Assembly (NCBI GenBank): GCA_963817955.1
Contig: CAWFQK010000008.1
Location: 28,209 to 92,208 of the forward strand
DNA from: an uncultured Gemmatimonadaceae bacterium
Lineage (GTDB): Bacteria; Gemmatimonadota; Gemmatimonadetes; Gemmatimonadales; Gemmatimonadaceae
Direction: 5' to 3'
DNA length: 64,000 nucleotides
Made by a program: the position numbers and the translations under genes. Below the pieces are notes generated by a model. The model had not been told where the DNA came from, searched no databases, and saw only the letters and a list, made by a program, of their open reading frames with translations. Shown piece by piece: positions 47,297 to 59,483 of the stretch. Numbering within the stretch: the stretch's first letter is position 1; each line of letters opens with the position of its first letter.

Positions 47297-49594
47297 GTGA
47301 TAAGAATTGAACGGAAGTTGGCTGTCACCGTCATCGCACTCGGCGCATGCTGCGTCATCGTGGTCGCGGTGGTCGTGTTGGCAACCCAGCGGCTCTCCGC
47401 AAATCTCGACGAGCTCGTGCACGTCGCCTCGGTCCAAGCAGATCTGCGCGCGTTCGACGATGCGCTCGACCACGCCCGCTCCGAGGCCGACGGATTCCTG
47501 CTGACGCGCGACAAGACGTATCTGAACAGGTCCGGCGCTCACCTGGTGAACGCTGAGCACAGGTTCGATCGGTTGGTGTCGCCAGGAGAAGTCGATCCGG
47601 AGGAGTTGAGGACGCTCGCGACGTTGCGGATGCAGCTCACCGGCCTCGAATACGGACTCGAGCGGCAGGTCAAGGGAGCTGGCGGGTTGTCACCTGCTGA
47701 TGCCAGAGCGCTCCGCGATGAGCGTGATGGCATTACGAGTCTCACCCGCGGCGCAATTGACTCGCTCGTGACCGCGCAAGACCAGAAGCTGGTGGCAATC
47801 GCTGCGATGCAACGAACTGCGGATCGAGCGCTGTGGCTGTCCGTGCTTGCCTTCGGCGTAATCGGCGGCGTCGTCTCGCTGCTGTCCTACAGGTCGATGC
47901 GGCGCGACCTGAGCCGCCGAACACGTTCCGAGCGCGCGTTACGCGAGTCGGAGCAGAAGTTTGCGAGCATGCTGGCGCTGGCAGCCGACGCAATCGTCAC
48001 CGCCGACGAGCAGGGGCGAATCGTCAATTTCAACCAGAGAGCAGAGGCGATCTTCGGGTATCGTGCAGCTGAGGTCATCGGACAGCCGCTGCACCTCGTG
48101 CTGCCCGAGCACTTTCGCGACGTGCGATCGGCCCTTCCTGCGTCGCTGGACGACAGTCTGCCGTCAGCCGAGCTCGGCGGTACGCGCCTGGAACTCGTCG
48201 CGCGGCGGCAGACGGGCGAAACGTTCACGGTAGAGGCAGCGGTCTCGCGTCTGCAGACGTCGGATGGCTTTCTCTCGACGGCGGTGCTCCGCGACATCAC
48301 CGAGCACCGCCGTGTGGAACGACGCGAGCACTTGCTCGCCGAGGCGGCCACACGCCTCTCGCCTCGCTTGCCCTACGATGAACAACTGACGGCGCTTGCC
48401 CAGTTGGCGTTGCCGGCGCTCGGCGACTGGTGTTCGCTGGATGTCGTCGAGGAAGGGGACGACGGACGCAGGCGGCTGCATCGCGTGACGAGCATGCCGG
48501 CGGACCCCTGGCTGGAAGGTCCGCTGTGGGAATTGGAGGCGCACGCGCCCGAATGGGCATTCACCGATCCGGTGACCGACTGCGTGCTGACAGGCAAGCC
48601 GCTCTTCGTGAGTGGCGTCACGGATGAGTGGCTCGACGCGCATTACAGCGACGAACAGACCCGTGCCATCATGCGCCAGCTCCGGGTTGACTCGCTGCTC
48701 GTGGTGCCCTTGCTCGCGGATGCCGGCGTGATCGGTGTCCTCACTGTGGGCACGTCCTCTCCGCGCCGGGTCACGACGGATGAGTTCGAGCTCGCACAGG
48801 TGCTGGCCGAGCGTGGCGCACCGGCGATCGAGGCCGCGCGGCTCTACCGGAAATCGCAGCGCGCCACCGCGGCTCGCGACGCATTGCTCGGGATTGTGTC
48901 GCACGACCTCACCGGCACGCTGGGCACCATCTCGATGCACGCGAGAAAGCTGCTCACCAGGACCTGCGACGAAACGCAACGTGAGAAGTTGTGCAACAAC
49001 ATTCTCGAGGGCACGACGATCATGCGTCGGTTGATGCTCGACCTCGTCGATATTTCCGCGATCGAGGCGCATCGGCTGTCGGTAACGCCGGCACCGCAGT
49101 CTCTGGCGCCGATCATGGAGCTGCTCCATGAAATGTTCGCGCCGCGCGCGGCTGACCGTGGGATCGCGCTCCACATGGACACGGCGGTAGACCTTCCGGA
49201 TGCACGCGCGGACGCCACGCGAGTCGTGCAGGTGCTGTCGAATCTGTTGGACAATGCGATCAAGTTCACGGCGGCGGGTGGAAGCGTGGACGTGCACGCC
49301 GAAGCAGATGGAAAGGAAATCCTCGTCTCCGTGCGGGATACTGGCGCCGGCGTCGGTCCGGACGAGTTGCCACACATCTTCGAGCGATTCTGGCGCGCGC
49401 GATCAAGCCGTGGAACACGCGGCATCGGCCTCGGGCTGGCGATCGTGAACGGTATCGTGACGGCGCACGGCGGGCGCATCTGGATGGAGAGCGCGATCGG
49501 CCGCGGCAGTACGGTGCATTTCACGCTTCCCCGGGCAACCGTGACACCCGGCTATTTGCCGACAGCCGATCTCGAGGCCACCGTCGTGGGGTGA
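47297..49594 (+). CDS. Membrane sensor histidine kinase (CHASE3-like, PAS, GAF, HisKA, HATPase)
   Basis: Two TMs, GFLLT....YL, PAS FN..AE..FGY, VSHDL, NLLDNAIKFT, GLGL; start 47297 or 47240. Confidence 0.9.
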   Translation: MIRIERKLAVTVIALGACCVIVVAVVVLATQRLSANLDELVHVASVQADLRAFDDALDHARSEADGFLLTRDKTYLNRSGAHLVNAEHRFDRLVSPGEVDPEELRTLATLRMQLTGLEYGLERQVKGAGGLSPADARALRDERDGITSLTRGAIDSLVTAQDQKLVAIAAMQRTADRALWLSVLAFGVIGGVVSLLSYRSMRRDLSRRTRSERALRESEQKFASMLALAADAIVTADEQGRIVNFNQRAEAIFGYRAAEVIGQPLHLVLPEHFRDVRSALPASLDDSLPSAELGGTRLELVARRQTGETFTVEAAVSRLQTSDGFLSTAVLRDITEHRRVERREHLLAEAATRLSPRLPYDEQLTALAQLALPALGDWCSLDVVEEGDDGRRRLHRVTSMPADPWLEGPLWELEAHAPEWAFTDPVTDCVLTGKPLFVSGVTDEWLDAHYSDEQTRAIMRQLRVDSLLVVPLLADAGVIGVLTVGTSSPRRVTTDEFELAQVLAERGAPAIEAARLYRKSQRATAARDALLGIVSHDLTGTLGTISMHARKLLTRTCDETQREKLCNNILEGTTIMRRLMLDLVDISAIEAHRLSVTPAPQSLAPIMELLHEMFAPRAADRGIALHMDTAVDLPDARADATRVVQVLSNLLDNAIKFTAAGGSVDVHAEADGKEILVSVRDTGAGVGPDELPHIFERFWRARSSRGTRGIGLGLAIVNGIVTAHGGRIWMESAIGRGSTVHFTLPRATVTPGYLPTADLEATVVG

Positions 49595-49599
49595 CGCGA

Positions 49600-50133
49600 T
49601 CAGTCGGCGCGCATGCGCGGACCGCCGGCGAGGAGCGACCGCGTGGCGGCAATGGCCTGACTGCGCGCAAGGAGTGATTTGGCCACGTCAGGTGCGCGGC
49701 GCTGAGCCAGCCCGGTGAGCGCCGCGAGGTACTCGAGCAGATCCGGCGATGAGAGTCCGTGAACGCCGTCGCGCCAGAGGGTCACGAAACGCCACGCGCC
49801 GCGCCAGGAACGCCGCGACAGGATCTTGATCTGCTCGTGTTCGTCGAGGACGAGTGCGCCGTCCACCGCGTGGATTGCCGGCGTTTCCACCTCGGCGAGG
49901 TGACTGCCCGTGAGCGACCAATGCTCGATGCGGCCCTGGCGCGTCGGAAGCTTCTCGGCCGCGATCGCGCTGAGGTTCAGCACGTTGCGCATGACCAATA
50001 CGCCGGAGGCGAGCGCAGCAACACGCGCCTCCTCAGCAGCGATCAGTTCGGTGGAGTACCGATTGATCTGCTTGCACCGGGCGACGAGGTCAGCAAGTGC
50101 TTGTGGCGTTGGGGCGTGAACGGGATGCTGCAT
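49600..50133 (-). CDS. Hypothetical protein
   Basis: Protein-like ORF from ATG 50133; the longer start would run through an intergenic repeat. Confidence 0.55.
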   Translation of the reverse strand: MQHPVHAPTPQALADLVARCKQINRYSTELIAAEEARVAALASGVLVMRNVLNLSAIAAEKLPTRQGRIEHWSLTGSHLAEVETPAIHAVDGALVLDEHEQIKILSRRSWRGAWRFVTLWRDGVHGLSSPDLLEYLAALTGLAQRRAPDVAKSLLARSQAIAATRSLLAGGPRMRAD

Positions 50134-50226
50134 GGGTACGGCTGAACGCAAAAGCGAAATGACGGGAACGCGATCTTTCATCATACACCAGGTTGCATTG
50201 TCGGTGCCTGCGGGACGCGGGATGCC

Positions 50227-50254
50227 TGTCATCCTGAGCGAAGCGAAGATCTCT
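50227..50254. repeat. REP-like TGTCATCCTGAGCGAAGCGAAGATCT element
   Basis: Related copy TGTCGTCCTGAGCGAAGGATCTCT at 56967-56990. Confidence 0.6.
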
Positions 50255-50264
50255 GTGACCGTCG

Positions 50265-52559
50265 TCACGCATGGCGTTCGGTCTGGCCCGAATCTGCGGT
50301 TCCCGCGCGCGGCAGCGATACGGTAAATGTAGAGCCCTGGCCCTCCACACTCTGCACGCGGAGGTCGCCGCCCATGGCACGCGCCAGATCGCGGCTGATC
50401 GAGAGGCCGAGTCCCGTGCCGGATTGACGGTCCACGAGTGCGCTCCCGAGTTGCACGAACGGCTCGAAGATGGCATCGAGCTTGTCGTCTGGAATGCCCG
50501 GGCCGGTGTCGTGCACGTCGATCTGGACCGCTTCGTTCCGAGCCGCGCAGTCGAGCGATACCTTGCCGCCGGAGGGCGTGAACTTCACGGCGTTCGACAG
50601 CAGGTTGACCAGAACCTGACGTAGCTTCTCGGGGTCCGCGCAGGCCGCCAGCGAATCGTCGCAGCTGTGGTACTCGAACGTGAGCCCCGCCTGTTTGATT
50701 TGCGGCATGAGCAACGATTCCATCTCATTCACGATCTGGCGGACCCGCACGGTGGCGATTGCCGGCTCCACGTGGCCGGCTTCGAGCTTGGCGAAATTCA
50801 GCACGTCGTTGATCAGCGAGAGCAGGTGGTGCTGGCTCCGCTGGATGCGCGCCAGGTAGTCGTCCTGACCGGGCGTGAGAACTCCTTGAAGCCCCATCCG
50901 GAGCAGGTCGGCGTATCCCGCGATCGCGTTGAGGGGCGTGCGGAGCTCGTGGCTCATCACGGTGAGGAACTCCGTCTTCGCGTGATTGGCATGCTCGGCG
51001 TCGCGTGTGGCCGTGAGGGCCACTTGGTGCAGCCGTGCGTTGTCGACCGCCATCGCGGCGCGGCGGGCAAGCTCCATCGCCAGCTCGAGATCGGGATCGG
51101 AGTACCGGCGCCCCGACTTCGCGGACACCAACGTGAGTACGCCCAGCGTGCGGCCCCGCGCGGTCAACGGTACGAGCATCGCCGATTTGATCCCGAATTT
51201 TCGCGTCAGACGCAGGTGCTCAGGATCCACACAGCCAGCCACGAGCAGCTCATCGGGAACCTCCGGAAAGAGCTCCGGTTTGCCTGTTCGGAGCACGTTC
51301 GCGGCACTGGTCGACGCGTTTGGATTGGGCGGAACCCGCTCGTTCAACTCATGCGCGGCGCGCACCATGTCGGGATTCACATGCGCAAAGGCGATCGGTC
51401 GCAGCGTTCCGTCGGCCTCTTGAATGTCCACGCGGCACCAGTCGGCGAGCTTGGGCACGACCACTTGCGCAAGCTTGTTCAGGGTTTCCTTATAGTCGAG
51501 CGATGCCGCTGCGAGCAGTTCACTCGTACGTGCCAGGTAGTGCGCCATTTCCTCGGCGCGTTTGCGTGCCGTGATGTCTTTCCACTGCGCGGCGAGACCG
51601 CCGTCGGCGAGGGGATAGGACGACAGCGCGGACCACTGGCCGCGTGCGGCGCGGAAGGCTTCGACGGTGATCGGGCTCCTCTCCTTCATGGCCCGCCGCA
51701 TCCCTTTTTCGAAATCACTCCCGACGAGTTCGGGAAACACGTCCCACAACACTTTCCCGACCAGCTCGTTCGCGCGCTGGTCGCCCCGCAGCGCCTTGAT
51801 CGCGGGTTCATTGACGTAGCGGAAACACCACTTCGCATCCAGCACGACGAAGGGATCGGCAATGCTGTCGATGATCCCCCGCGCGAACTGCTCGGCGGCC
51901 GCCATTGCCTCGCGCGCTTCTTCAGCCTCGATGAGCGTCGCCTGTAGTTGCTCATTCGTCTGACTGAGTTTCACGGAGAGTTCCCGTGCCTCCACCGTCT
52001 GCGCCTCGAGCTCGGCTGCCTGCTCTTCCAGCTCGACCGCTAGCGCTTCCAGCTCCCGGTTCTTTCCTATTACCGCCTTGTGCGCCGCCGATTCCGCGGC
52101 CAACTGCCGCGCCTGCTCCTCAGCGGCACGTCGTTCAGTGAGATCGCGCGTTACCTTCGCGAAGCCAAAGATATTGCCGTCGGGCGAATGCAGCGCCGTG
52201 ATGATGACGTTTGCCCAGAAGCGGGATCCGTCCTTTCGCACGCGCCAGTCTTCGTCCTCCAGGCGGCCCACGCGTGCGGCCGTATCGAGCTCGCGCTCCG
52301 GTTGCTTTGCCGCCACGGCTTCCGGCGTATAGAAGACGGAGAAATTGCGCCCAATGATCTCGTCGGCGGTGTAGCCCTTCAGGCGCTGGGCACCCGCATT
52401 CCACGTCCGAATGTTGCCGTTGCGGTCGATTGCGTAGATCGCGTAGTCCTGAACGCTCTCGACCAGCACGCGATACAGCGCGTCCCGGTTCGCGAAGGGC
52501 GAACCCGGAGGAAACGGCTGCGAGCCGTCCGCTGTTCGTACAGGAGTCTTTTCGTCCAA
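50265..52559 (-). CDS. Cytoplasmic PAS-coiled coil-PAS-GAF histidine kinase
   Basis: DYAI...WN.GA.R.KGY...RKDGSRFWA, MSHELRTPLNAI, NLLSNAVKFT, GLGL. Confidence 0.93.
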   Translation of the reverse strand: MDEKTPVRTADGSQPFPPGSPFANRDALYRVLVESVQDYAIYAIDRNGNIRTWNAGAQRLKGYTADEIIGRNFSVFYTPEAVAAKQPERELDTAARVGRLEDEDWRVRKDGSRFWANVIITALHSPDGNIFGFAKVTRDLTERRAAEEQARQLAAESAAHKAVIGKNRELEALAVELEEQAAELEAQTVEARELSVKLSQTNEQLQATLIEAEEAREAMAAAEQFARGIIDSIADPFVVLDAKWCFRYVNEPAIKALRGDQRANELVGKVLWDVFPELVGSDFEKGMRRAMKERSPITVEAFRAARGQWSALSSYPLADGGLAAQWKDITARKRAEEMAHYLARTSELLAAASLDYKETLNKLAQVVVPKLADWCRVDIQEADGTLRPIAFAHVNPDMVRAAHELNERVPPNPNASTSAANVLRTGKPELFPEVPDELLVAGCVDPEHLRLTRKFGIKSAMLVPLTARGRTLGVLTLVSAKSGRRYSDPDLELAMELARRAAMAVDNARLHQVALTATRDAEHANHAKTEFLTVMSHELRTPLNAIAGYADLLRMGLQGVLTPGQDDYLARIQRSQHHLLSLINDVLNFAKLEAGHVEPAIATVRVRQIVNEMESLLMPQIKQAGLTFEYHSCDDSLAACADPEKLRQVLVNLLSNAVKFTPSGGKVSLDCAARNEAVQIDVHDTGPGIPDDKLDAIFEPFVQLGSALVDRQSGTGLGLSISRDLARAMGGDLRVQSVEGQGSTFTVSLPRAGTADSGQTERHA

Positions 52560-52660
52560 ACCGGCCTGCCTCGGGCGCCGCGGTGAATCACCGAATGGAG
52601 TCGCGCCGATAGTTCAAACGCCCGAGTCGACAATGCACAGTTGATACCGTCCGATCGCCG

Positions 52661-53425
52661 TCAGGCAGGTCGGCGGTCGTCCGGCGGAACGAAGTTCGAC
52701 AGGAACTGCCGCTCCTGCGCCGTCAAGCTCCCCATGCCTTTGTCGCTGATCTTGTCGAGGATGCGATTCACCTCGTCGCGGTTGACCTCGTGTACCGACT
52801 TTGGGTCGACACGTTTCCAGTTCGCCAGCAGATCGCGTGGAACGGCCGCAGCGGCCTTGGCACGAAAGCGTTTGGTGCCCTGCCGGCGCTCGATCCACTT
52901 GAGGTACAGCCACCCGCCAATGAAACCGCCGAGATGGGCAAAGTCCGCCACGCCGCCACGCGATCCGTGAAACCCACTCCAGAGGGCGAGCACCACCATG
53001 AGGAGCACGGCAACGCGCGCCTCGATTGGCAAAATGCCCATGATGTAGATCTGGGCCGTTGGCCAGAACCGGGCGAACGCGAGCATGACGCCGAATACGG
53101 CTCCCGACGCTCCCACAATGGGGGCGAATGGTGCGAAGACGAGTGACAGCAGCGCGCCGCTCACGCCACTCACCAAATAGAGAGCAAGGAAGCGGTTCGA
53201 TCCGAGCCGCTCTTCCACGCGTGGACCAAAGAAATAGAGCGCCAGCATGTTGAACAGAATGTGCGTGATCGACGCGTGCACGAACATGTACGTGATGAGC
53301 GTCCATGGCCTATACAACGCGTAGGCGGGCACGAACGCGAGTGCGTTCGTGACGCCCGGCGCGGTCTGCTCCAGGAAATACACGACGATGTTGGCGACGA
53401 TAAGTCGCCGGACCCATGGGGTCAC
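52661..53425 (-). CDS. Rhomboid family intramembrane serine protease
   Basis: WT..TYMF.H...HILFNM, GASG, AHLGG; C-terminal ..ILDKI...G..SLT..ER.FL tail. Confidence 0.92.
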   Translation of the reverse strand: MTPWVRRLIVANIVVYFLEQTAPGVTNALAFVPAYALYRPWTLITYMFVHASITHILFNMLALYFFGPRVEERLGSNRFLALYLVSGVSGALLSLVFAPFAPIVGASGAVFGVMLAFARFWPTAQIYIMGILPIEARVAVLLMVVLALWSGFHGSRGGVADFAHLGGFIGGWLYLKWIERRQGTKRFRAKAAAAVPRDLLANWKRVDPKSVHEVNRDEVNRILDKISDKGMGSLTAQERQFLSNFVPPDDRRPA

Positions 53426-53548
53426 CGCGCACACTCCATCAAAACGTTCACGACGTTAAATTAGTCAGGTGTCCGAGGGCCTGACCCGCTGCGGTCGGGC
53501 CCTCGGTGTGTGTACATCGCAGCAGTCCCCGAAATCTAGGTCGTTTCG

Positions 53549-55165
<1,617 letters not shown>

Positions 55166-55225
55166 CGTGGCCTGATTTTCTCGTAAGGGTGACATCGTTG
55201 GGCATCACCCTGAACCCGGCACGTC

Positions 55226-55609
55226 ATGTCAGACAATGGAACGGTGCTTCTTGTGGAGGACAATGAGGACAACTTGTTCATCTACAAGACCATCCTTCGC
55301 CACTACAACTACGACGTAATAGAGGCGCGCGACGGCCAGGCCGCAGTCAAGGCCGCGCACGAGCAGCATCCCGGCCTCATCCTCATGGACGTGTCGATCC
55401 CCATTCTCGATGGATGGGAGGCGACGCGACGTCTCAAGGCTGATCCCGACACGGCCAGTATCCCCATTATTGCCCTCACGGCGCACGCCCTGGCGGCAGA
55501 CCAGCAGAAGGCAATGGAGGTCGGCTGCGACGGCTATATCTCGAAACCGGCCGAACCGCGCGTCGTTCTGGCGGCGGTGCAACGCTATCTGGGCAAGAAA
55601 GCGGCGTGA
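55226..55609 (+). CDS. Single-domain response regulator (DivK-like)
   Basis: VEDN, LILMD, DGWEATR, ALTAHA, YISKP. Confidence 0.92.
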   Translation: MSDNGTVLLVEDNEDNLFIYKTILRHYNYDVIEARDGQAAVKAAHEQHPGLILMDVSIPILDGWEATRRLKADPDTASIPIIALTAHALAADQQKAMEVGCDGYISKPAEPRVVLAAVQRYLGKKAA

Positions 55610-55699
55610 CCATACGATTCACAGCGCGCTAGCGATCGGGACGGCGGATACTGGCCGTCCCGCGTTCAGTACTCGGCCCTGACGCGCTACCTTTTCTGC

Positions 55700-56977
55700 A
55701 TGTCCTCCGTTTCCCCCGCGCGCGTTTCGACGCTCGCCCAGGAGCTGCGCGGCTCGACGATTCTGCGCATCGCCGGCGAAGTCCGCGCCCTCAAGCAGGA
55801 AGGCAGGCAGATCGCCGACTTCACGGTCGGCGATTTCAGCTCCACGCAGTTTCGCATTCCGCTCGAGCTGGAGGATGGGATTGTCGAGGCGCTTCGCGCC
55901 GGCGAGTCCACGTATCCGCCACCGAACGGACTCGAATCGCTCCGCCGCGCCGTTTGCGACTTCTACCAGCGCCGCCTCGGCCTCGAGTTTCCGCTCGAGT
56001 CCATCCTGATCACGTCAGGTGCGCGGCCCGCCATCTACGCGCTGTACCGGGCGCTGGTCGATCCCGGGGACCGCGTGATCTTCGGCGTGCCTTCCTGGAA
56101 CAACGAGTACTACTGCCAGCTCCTCGGCGCGCAGGCCGTAACGGTGAGCTGCGACGCGGGCACGGGCTTCCTTCCAACGGCAGATGCGCTGCGGCCGCTC
56201 GTGCGGGACGCGCGCCTGCTGGCACTCAATTCTCCGCTCAATCCCACGGGTACGCTGTTCGGCGCCGAGCAGCTCCGCGCCATTTGCGATCTGGTGCTCG
56301 AGGAGAACGCACGTCGCGACGCTGCGCAGCGACCGCTGTATCTGATGTACGACCAGGTGTATTGGATGATCACCGCCAACGGCGCCACGCATGTAGATCC
56401 GATCTCGCTTCGTCCCGAGATCGCCCCATACGTGGTCATCGTCGATGCGATCTCCAAGGCGTTCGCCGCCACCGGGCTGCGGGTGGGCTGGGCGGTTGGG
56501 CCGGCAGACGTCATCCAGCCGATGAACAACATCGTCGGACATGTTGGGGCCTGGGCCCCCCGCGCCGAACAGGTGGCAACTGCGCGCCTGCTGGCCGATC
56601 ATGGCACGGTAGATCGCTATATGGAAAACCTGCGGCGCGAGGCGGCGCGGCGCTTGGACGCCGTATTCGATGGCCTCATGGCGCTTCAGCGAGACGGTCT
56701 GCCGGTGGACTGCATTCGCCCGCGCGGCGCCATCTACATCAGCGCCCGGTTCGCGGTGCGCGGATCGCGGACTCCGCAAGGTGACACGATCGAGACCGAC
56801 GAGCAGGCGCGCCACTATCTCCTGCACGCAGCCGGATTCGCCGTCGTCCCCTTCGGCGCCTTCGGCTCGGCCGCCGACGATGGGTGGTTCCGACTGTCCA
56901 TCGGTGCCGTAGCCATGGAGCAGATCGACGCGCTCATGCCGAGACTGCGGAACGCGTTGGGGGCGCTGTCGTCCTGA
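55700..56977 (+). CDS. Class I/II PLP aminotransferase (aspartate aminotransferase-like)
   Basis: NSPLNPTG, YDQVY, SKAFAATGLRVGW. Confidence 0.92.
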   Translation: MSSVSPARVSTLAQELRGSTILRIAGEVRALKQEGRQIADFTVGDFSSTQFRIPLELEDGIVEALRAGESTYPPPNGLESLRRAVCDFYQRRLGLEFPLESILITSGARPAIYALYRALVDPGDRVIFGVPSWNNEYYCQLLGAQAVTVSCDAGTGFLPTADALRPLVRDARLLALNSPLNPTGTLFGAEQLRAICDLVLEENARRDAAQRPLYLMYDQVYWMITANGATHVDPISLRPEIAPYVVIVDAISKAFAATGLRVGWAVGPADVIQPMNNIVGHVGAWAPRAEQVATARLLADHGTVDRYMENLRREAARRLDAVFDGLMALQRDGLPVDCIRPRGAIYISARFAVRGSRTPQGDTIETDEQARHYLLHAAGFAVVPFGAFGSAADDGWFRLSIGAVAMEQIDALMPRLRNALGALSS

Positions 56978-57001
56978 GCGAAGGATCTCTTCGAACGGCG
57001 C

Positions 57002-57089
57002 AACAGCTTTTGAACGCAGAGGACGCAGAGAACTGCAAGAGAACTGCAATAGCGAACTGCAAGAGAACTGCAGAGGACCGCGTAGGATT
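57002..57089. repeat. REP-like element, same family as 34990-35283
   Basis: AACAGCTTTTGAACGCAGAGGACGCAGAG(AACTGCAAGAG)n...CAGAGGACCGCGTAGGATT. Confidence 0.85.
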
Positions 57090-57166
57090 GGGCTCCGGGT
57101 GTTGACCGGCTGGTTGTCGCTGGCTGCTCCGTAGCGGTCGGCCCACCGGTCGACGAGGTGCGAGTT

Positions 57167-57350
57167 TCCAGTTGTGAGTTGTGCGTTTCGCGTTCTTACA
57201 ACTCACAACTCACAACGCACAACTGGACACCCGAATCTCGCCGACCGGCGGTAGTGGTCAGCGTGCCAGGCGCCCGGCGGTAGAAGCCAACTGGTAACGC
57301 ATAACGCGTAACGTGGTTTCCCGTGTCCCGTGTCTCGTGTCTCGTGTCCC
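57167..57350. repeat. Cluster of heptamer repeats
   Basis: Inverted (GTTGTGA)n/(TCACAAC)n at 57167-57227, (TAACGCR)n at 57295-57315, (CYCGTGT)4 at 57320-57350. Confidence 0.8.
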
Positions 57351-58123
57351 TAGAACGTCCACCTGAGAAAAACCCGATCCACCGGCGTTCGCGCATGTGC
57401 GTGCGAGTAGTCCACCACCCGCCACCCATAGAAGGTGCCGAGGAACGCGCCGGCGAAGATGTCGCTTGCCCAATGCTGGCCGAGGTACATCCGCGATAAG
57501 CCAGGCGTAAGCGCGATTGCGTACGCTGGCACGCCCACGTACCACGTTGCCGCGGGGTTTCGGCGGCGGACCTCGGCGACGATTGCTGACGCGGCGGCAA
57601 AGCCAGACGACGAGTGAATTGACGGGAATGCCCGGTTCTCGAAGTGCGTGAATCCCCTGAGGAAACTGAAGTCGTATTGATTGTCGTAGGCGGGTGTCGC
57701 GTCCTTGGGACGGGCCCGCCCCAGTGGTCCGCGGATCACCTGTGCGGTGAGACTGGCTGCCGCCACAGACTCGGCTTCGTGGATGGCGATGTCGGCCAGA
57801 TCCGGCGCATGAGCCACACGCGCCAGGGCATAGACCGCAAGCCCCCCCACGGTGAGCGACGTCTCGTTGATGTGCGTGAAGAACCCATCCCAATGGTGCC
57901 CCAGGCGCACGTGCATCAACGACGTGTCCTGAAATGAACGCGCGATGCGTGCGTCGAATATGCTCAGGCCACCGCTTGCCACCAGAAAACCAGCGGCGAC
58001 GGCACCATCGCGGTCCGTGAAAAGGGTCTTTCGCGAACCGGCTTCGCCTGGTGGCGATTGGGCGCGTCCGGCGGTCGTTGCCAGCACTAGCGCCGCGGCT
58101 GCGCCTGTCCACCAAGGCTTCAC
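57350..58123 (-). CDS. PAP2 family phosphatase
   Basis: GRARP, FPSIH, SRMY.GQHW.SD. Confidence 0.87.
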   Translation of the reverse strand: MKPWWTGAAAALVLATTAGRAQSPPGEAGSRKTLFTDRDGAVAAGFLVASGGLSIFDARIARSFQDTSLMHVRLGHHWDGFFTHINETSLTVGGLAVYALARVAHAPDLADIAIHEAESVAAASLTAQVIRGPLGRARPKDATPAYDNQYDFSFLRGFTHFENRAFPSIHSSSGFAAASAIVAEVRRRNPAATWYVGVPAYAIALTPGLSRMYLGQHWASDIFAGAFLGTFYGWRVVDYSHAHARTPVDRVFLRWTF

Positions 58124-58217
58124 GGGAATATTGGGTTCATGTCTGTGCCCGCCCTAGTGCAGCCGCCGTGCCGGAAGCGCCCGGCACGGGCACCGGGCGG
58201 GGCAGGGAGGCGAACGA

Positions 58218-58814
58218 ATGACCCTGGCCGTTCGTAACCTCAGCATGGAACCCAAAGACCTGACCAGCTATTTCGGCCTCGCCGCGGTGTACCTCCTTGC
58301 CGCGAACGTGTTGCTCGGACTCTTGATGTCGGTGCGCTACAACCCCTGGAAGCGGTGGCCCTACCGGCGCATCAACATGCTCAAGCTCCACAACTGGACG
58401 GGGTATCTGGGACTGGGATTGGCGGTGATGCACCCCATTCCACTGCTGGGCGTCGGGAAGCCCCACTTTGGGCTGGGCGACATCCTGCTTCCGATCTCCT
58501 CGCCCGAACAACCGGTGGTGAACTCGCTCGGCGCCATCTCACTGTACCTGCTGGCATTTGCGGTCATCACGTCGGTGTACCACGCCGAGATCGGCCGGCA
58601 GCGCTGGAAGGTGCTGCACTATCTCACGTATGTCGTCGCCGCGCTATTCATTGTGCACGGCACACTCTCAAACCAGAATCTGAACAAATTGCCGGTCGAC
58701 GTGTTTGATGGAGAGAAGGTGGGCATCATGGCCTGCGGACTGGTGATCATTGCCGGGACAGCGCTTCGCTTTCGCTGGACCTCCAGGCACCCAAAATTTC
58801 AGCCGCCGCGCTGA
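58218..58814 (+). CDS. Ferric-reductase-like transmembrane (heme b, MsrQ-like) protein
   Basis: Five TMs with paired His: LHNW...MH and W..LHY..Y...VHG. Confidence 0.75.
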   Translation: MTLAVRNLSMEPKDLTSYFGLAAVYLLAANVLLGLLMSVRYNPWKRWPYRRINMLKLHNWTGYLGLGLAVMHPIPLLGVGKPHFGLGDILLPISSPEQPVVNSLGAISLYLLAFAVITSVYHAEIGRQRWKVLHYLTYVVAALFIVHGTLSNQNLNKLPVDVFDGEKVGIMACGLVIIAGTALRFRWTSRHPKFQPPR

Positions 58815-58945
58815 CTGGCGCCAATGGGCTTGCGGGGCTGAGCGCCCCGATGGCACCAAGCGTGCAAACGCAGGTCGGCCGAGGCGCAGTTCCAGCCGAA
58901 CCCGGCAGGAACCTATGGCCGACAGGGAGGAGGAGGGGTCAGACA

Positions 58946-59296
58946 ATGACCATGCGAACTTTCGTGGATTCCGCGGGCAGGGAATGGCAAGTGTTCGACG
59001 TCGTGCCGCGGCGTGATGAGCGGCGCAACTACGACCGCCGAACCGCCAGAAGCAGTGGTCCATCCGAAGGCGAACGACGCGAACAAGATCGTCGCTTCAC
59101 TGTGGGCGGCCGGTCACGCTTGATCGGCTTGTACGACGCGTGGTTGTGCTTCGAACGCGGAGCCGAACGCCGCCGCCTCTCACCAATTCCAGAGAAGTGG
59201 GAGCGGTTCACGGATCAGGAGCTCGAGCAATACCGCGAGGCGGCGCGCCCTGTCCGCCTACGAACTCAAAGCGCCGCGGTCAACCCACGGCGCTGA
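58946..59296 (+). CDS. Small hypothetical protein
   Basis: GGAGG-rich RBS; MRTFVD..G.EW.V...WLCFE...ERRRL.PIP..W....D.EL. Confidence 0.7.
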   Translation: MTMRTFVDSAGREWQVFDVVPRRDERRNYDRRTARSSGPSEGERREQDRRFTVGGRSRLIGLYDAWLCFERGAERRRLSPIPEKWERFTDQELEQYREAARPVRLRTQSAAVNPRR

Positions 59297-59483
59297 AGAG
59301 CTTCGATACCCGATCGCGAACGGCGTGGCCCACTGGCCGCGCCAACCGTCTGGCAAAGTCGTGCACCCGCCGGCCCTGGCGCGCGGCATCGGCTGCGGAC
59401 AGCAGCATGGCGCGCAACTGACGACGCCTTCCGTCGGCTTCTTCAACACGATGCGGGACGTGCGCGAAATTCCGGTCCGTCAT
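59280..59483 (-). CDS. Possible small basic protein
   Basis: 67-aa ORF with G-rich RBS filling an intergenic gap. Confidence 0.35.
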   Translation of the reverse strand: MTDRNFAHVPHRVEEADGRRRQLRAMLLSAADAARQGRRVHDFARRLARPVGHAVRDRVSKLFSAVG

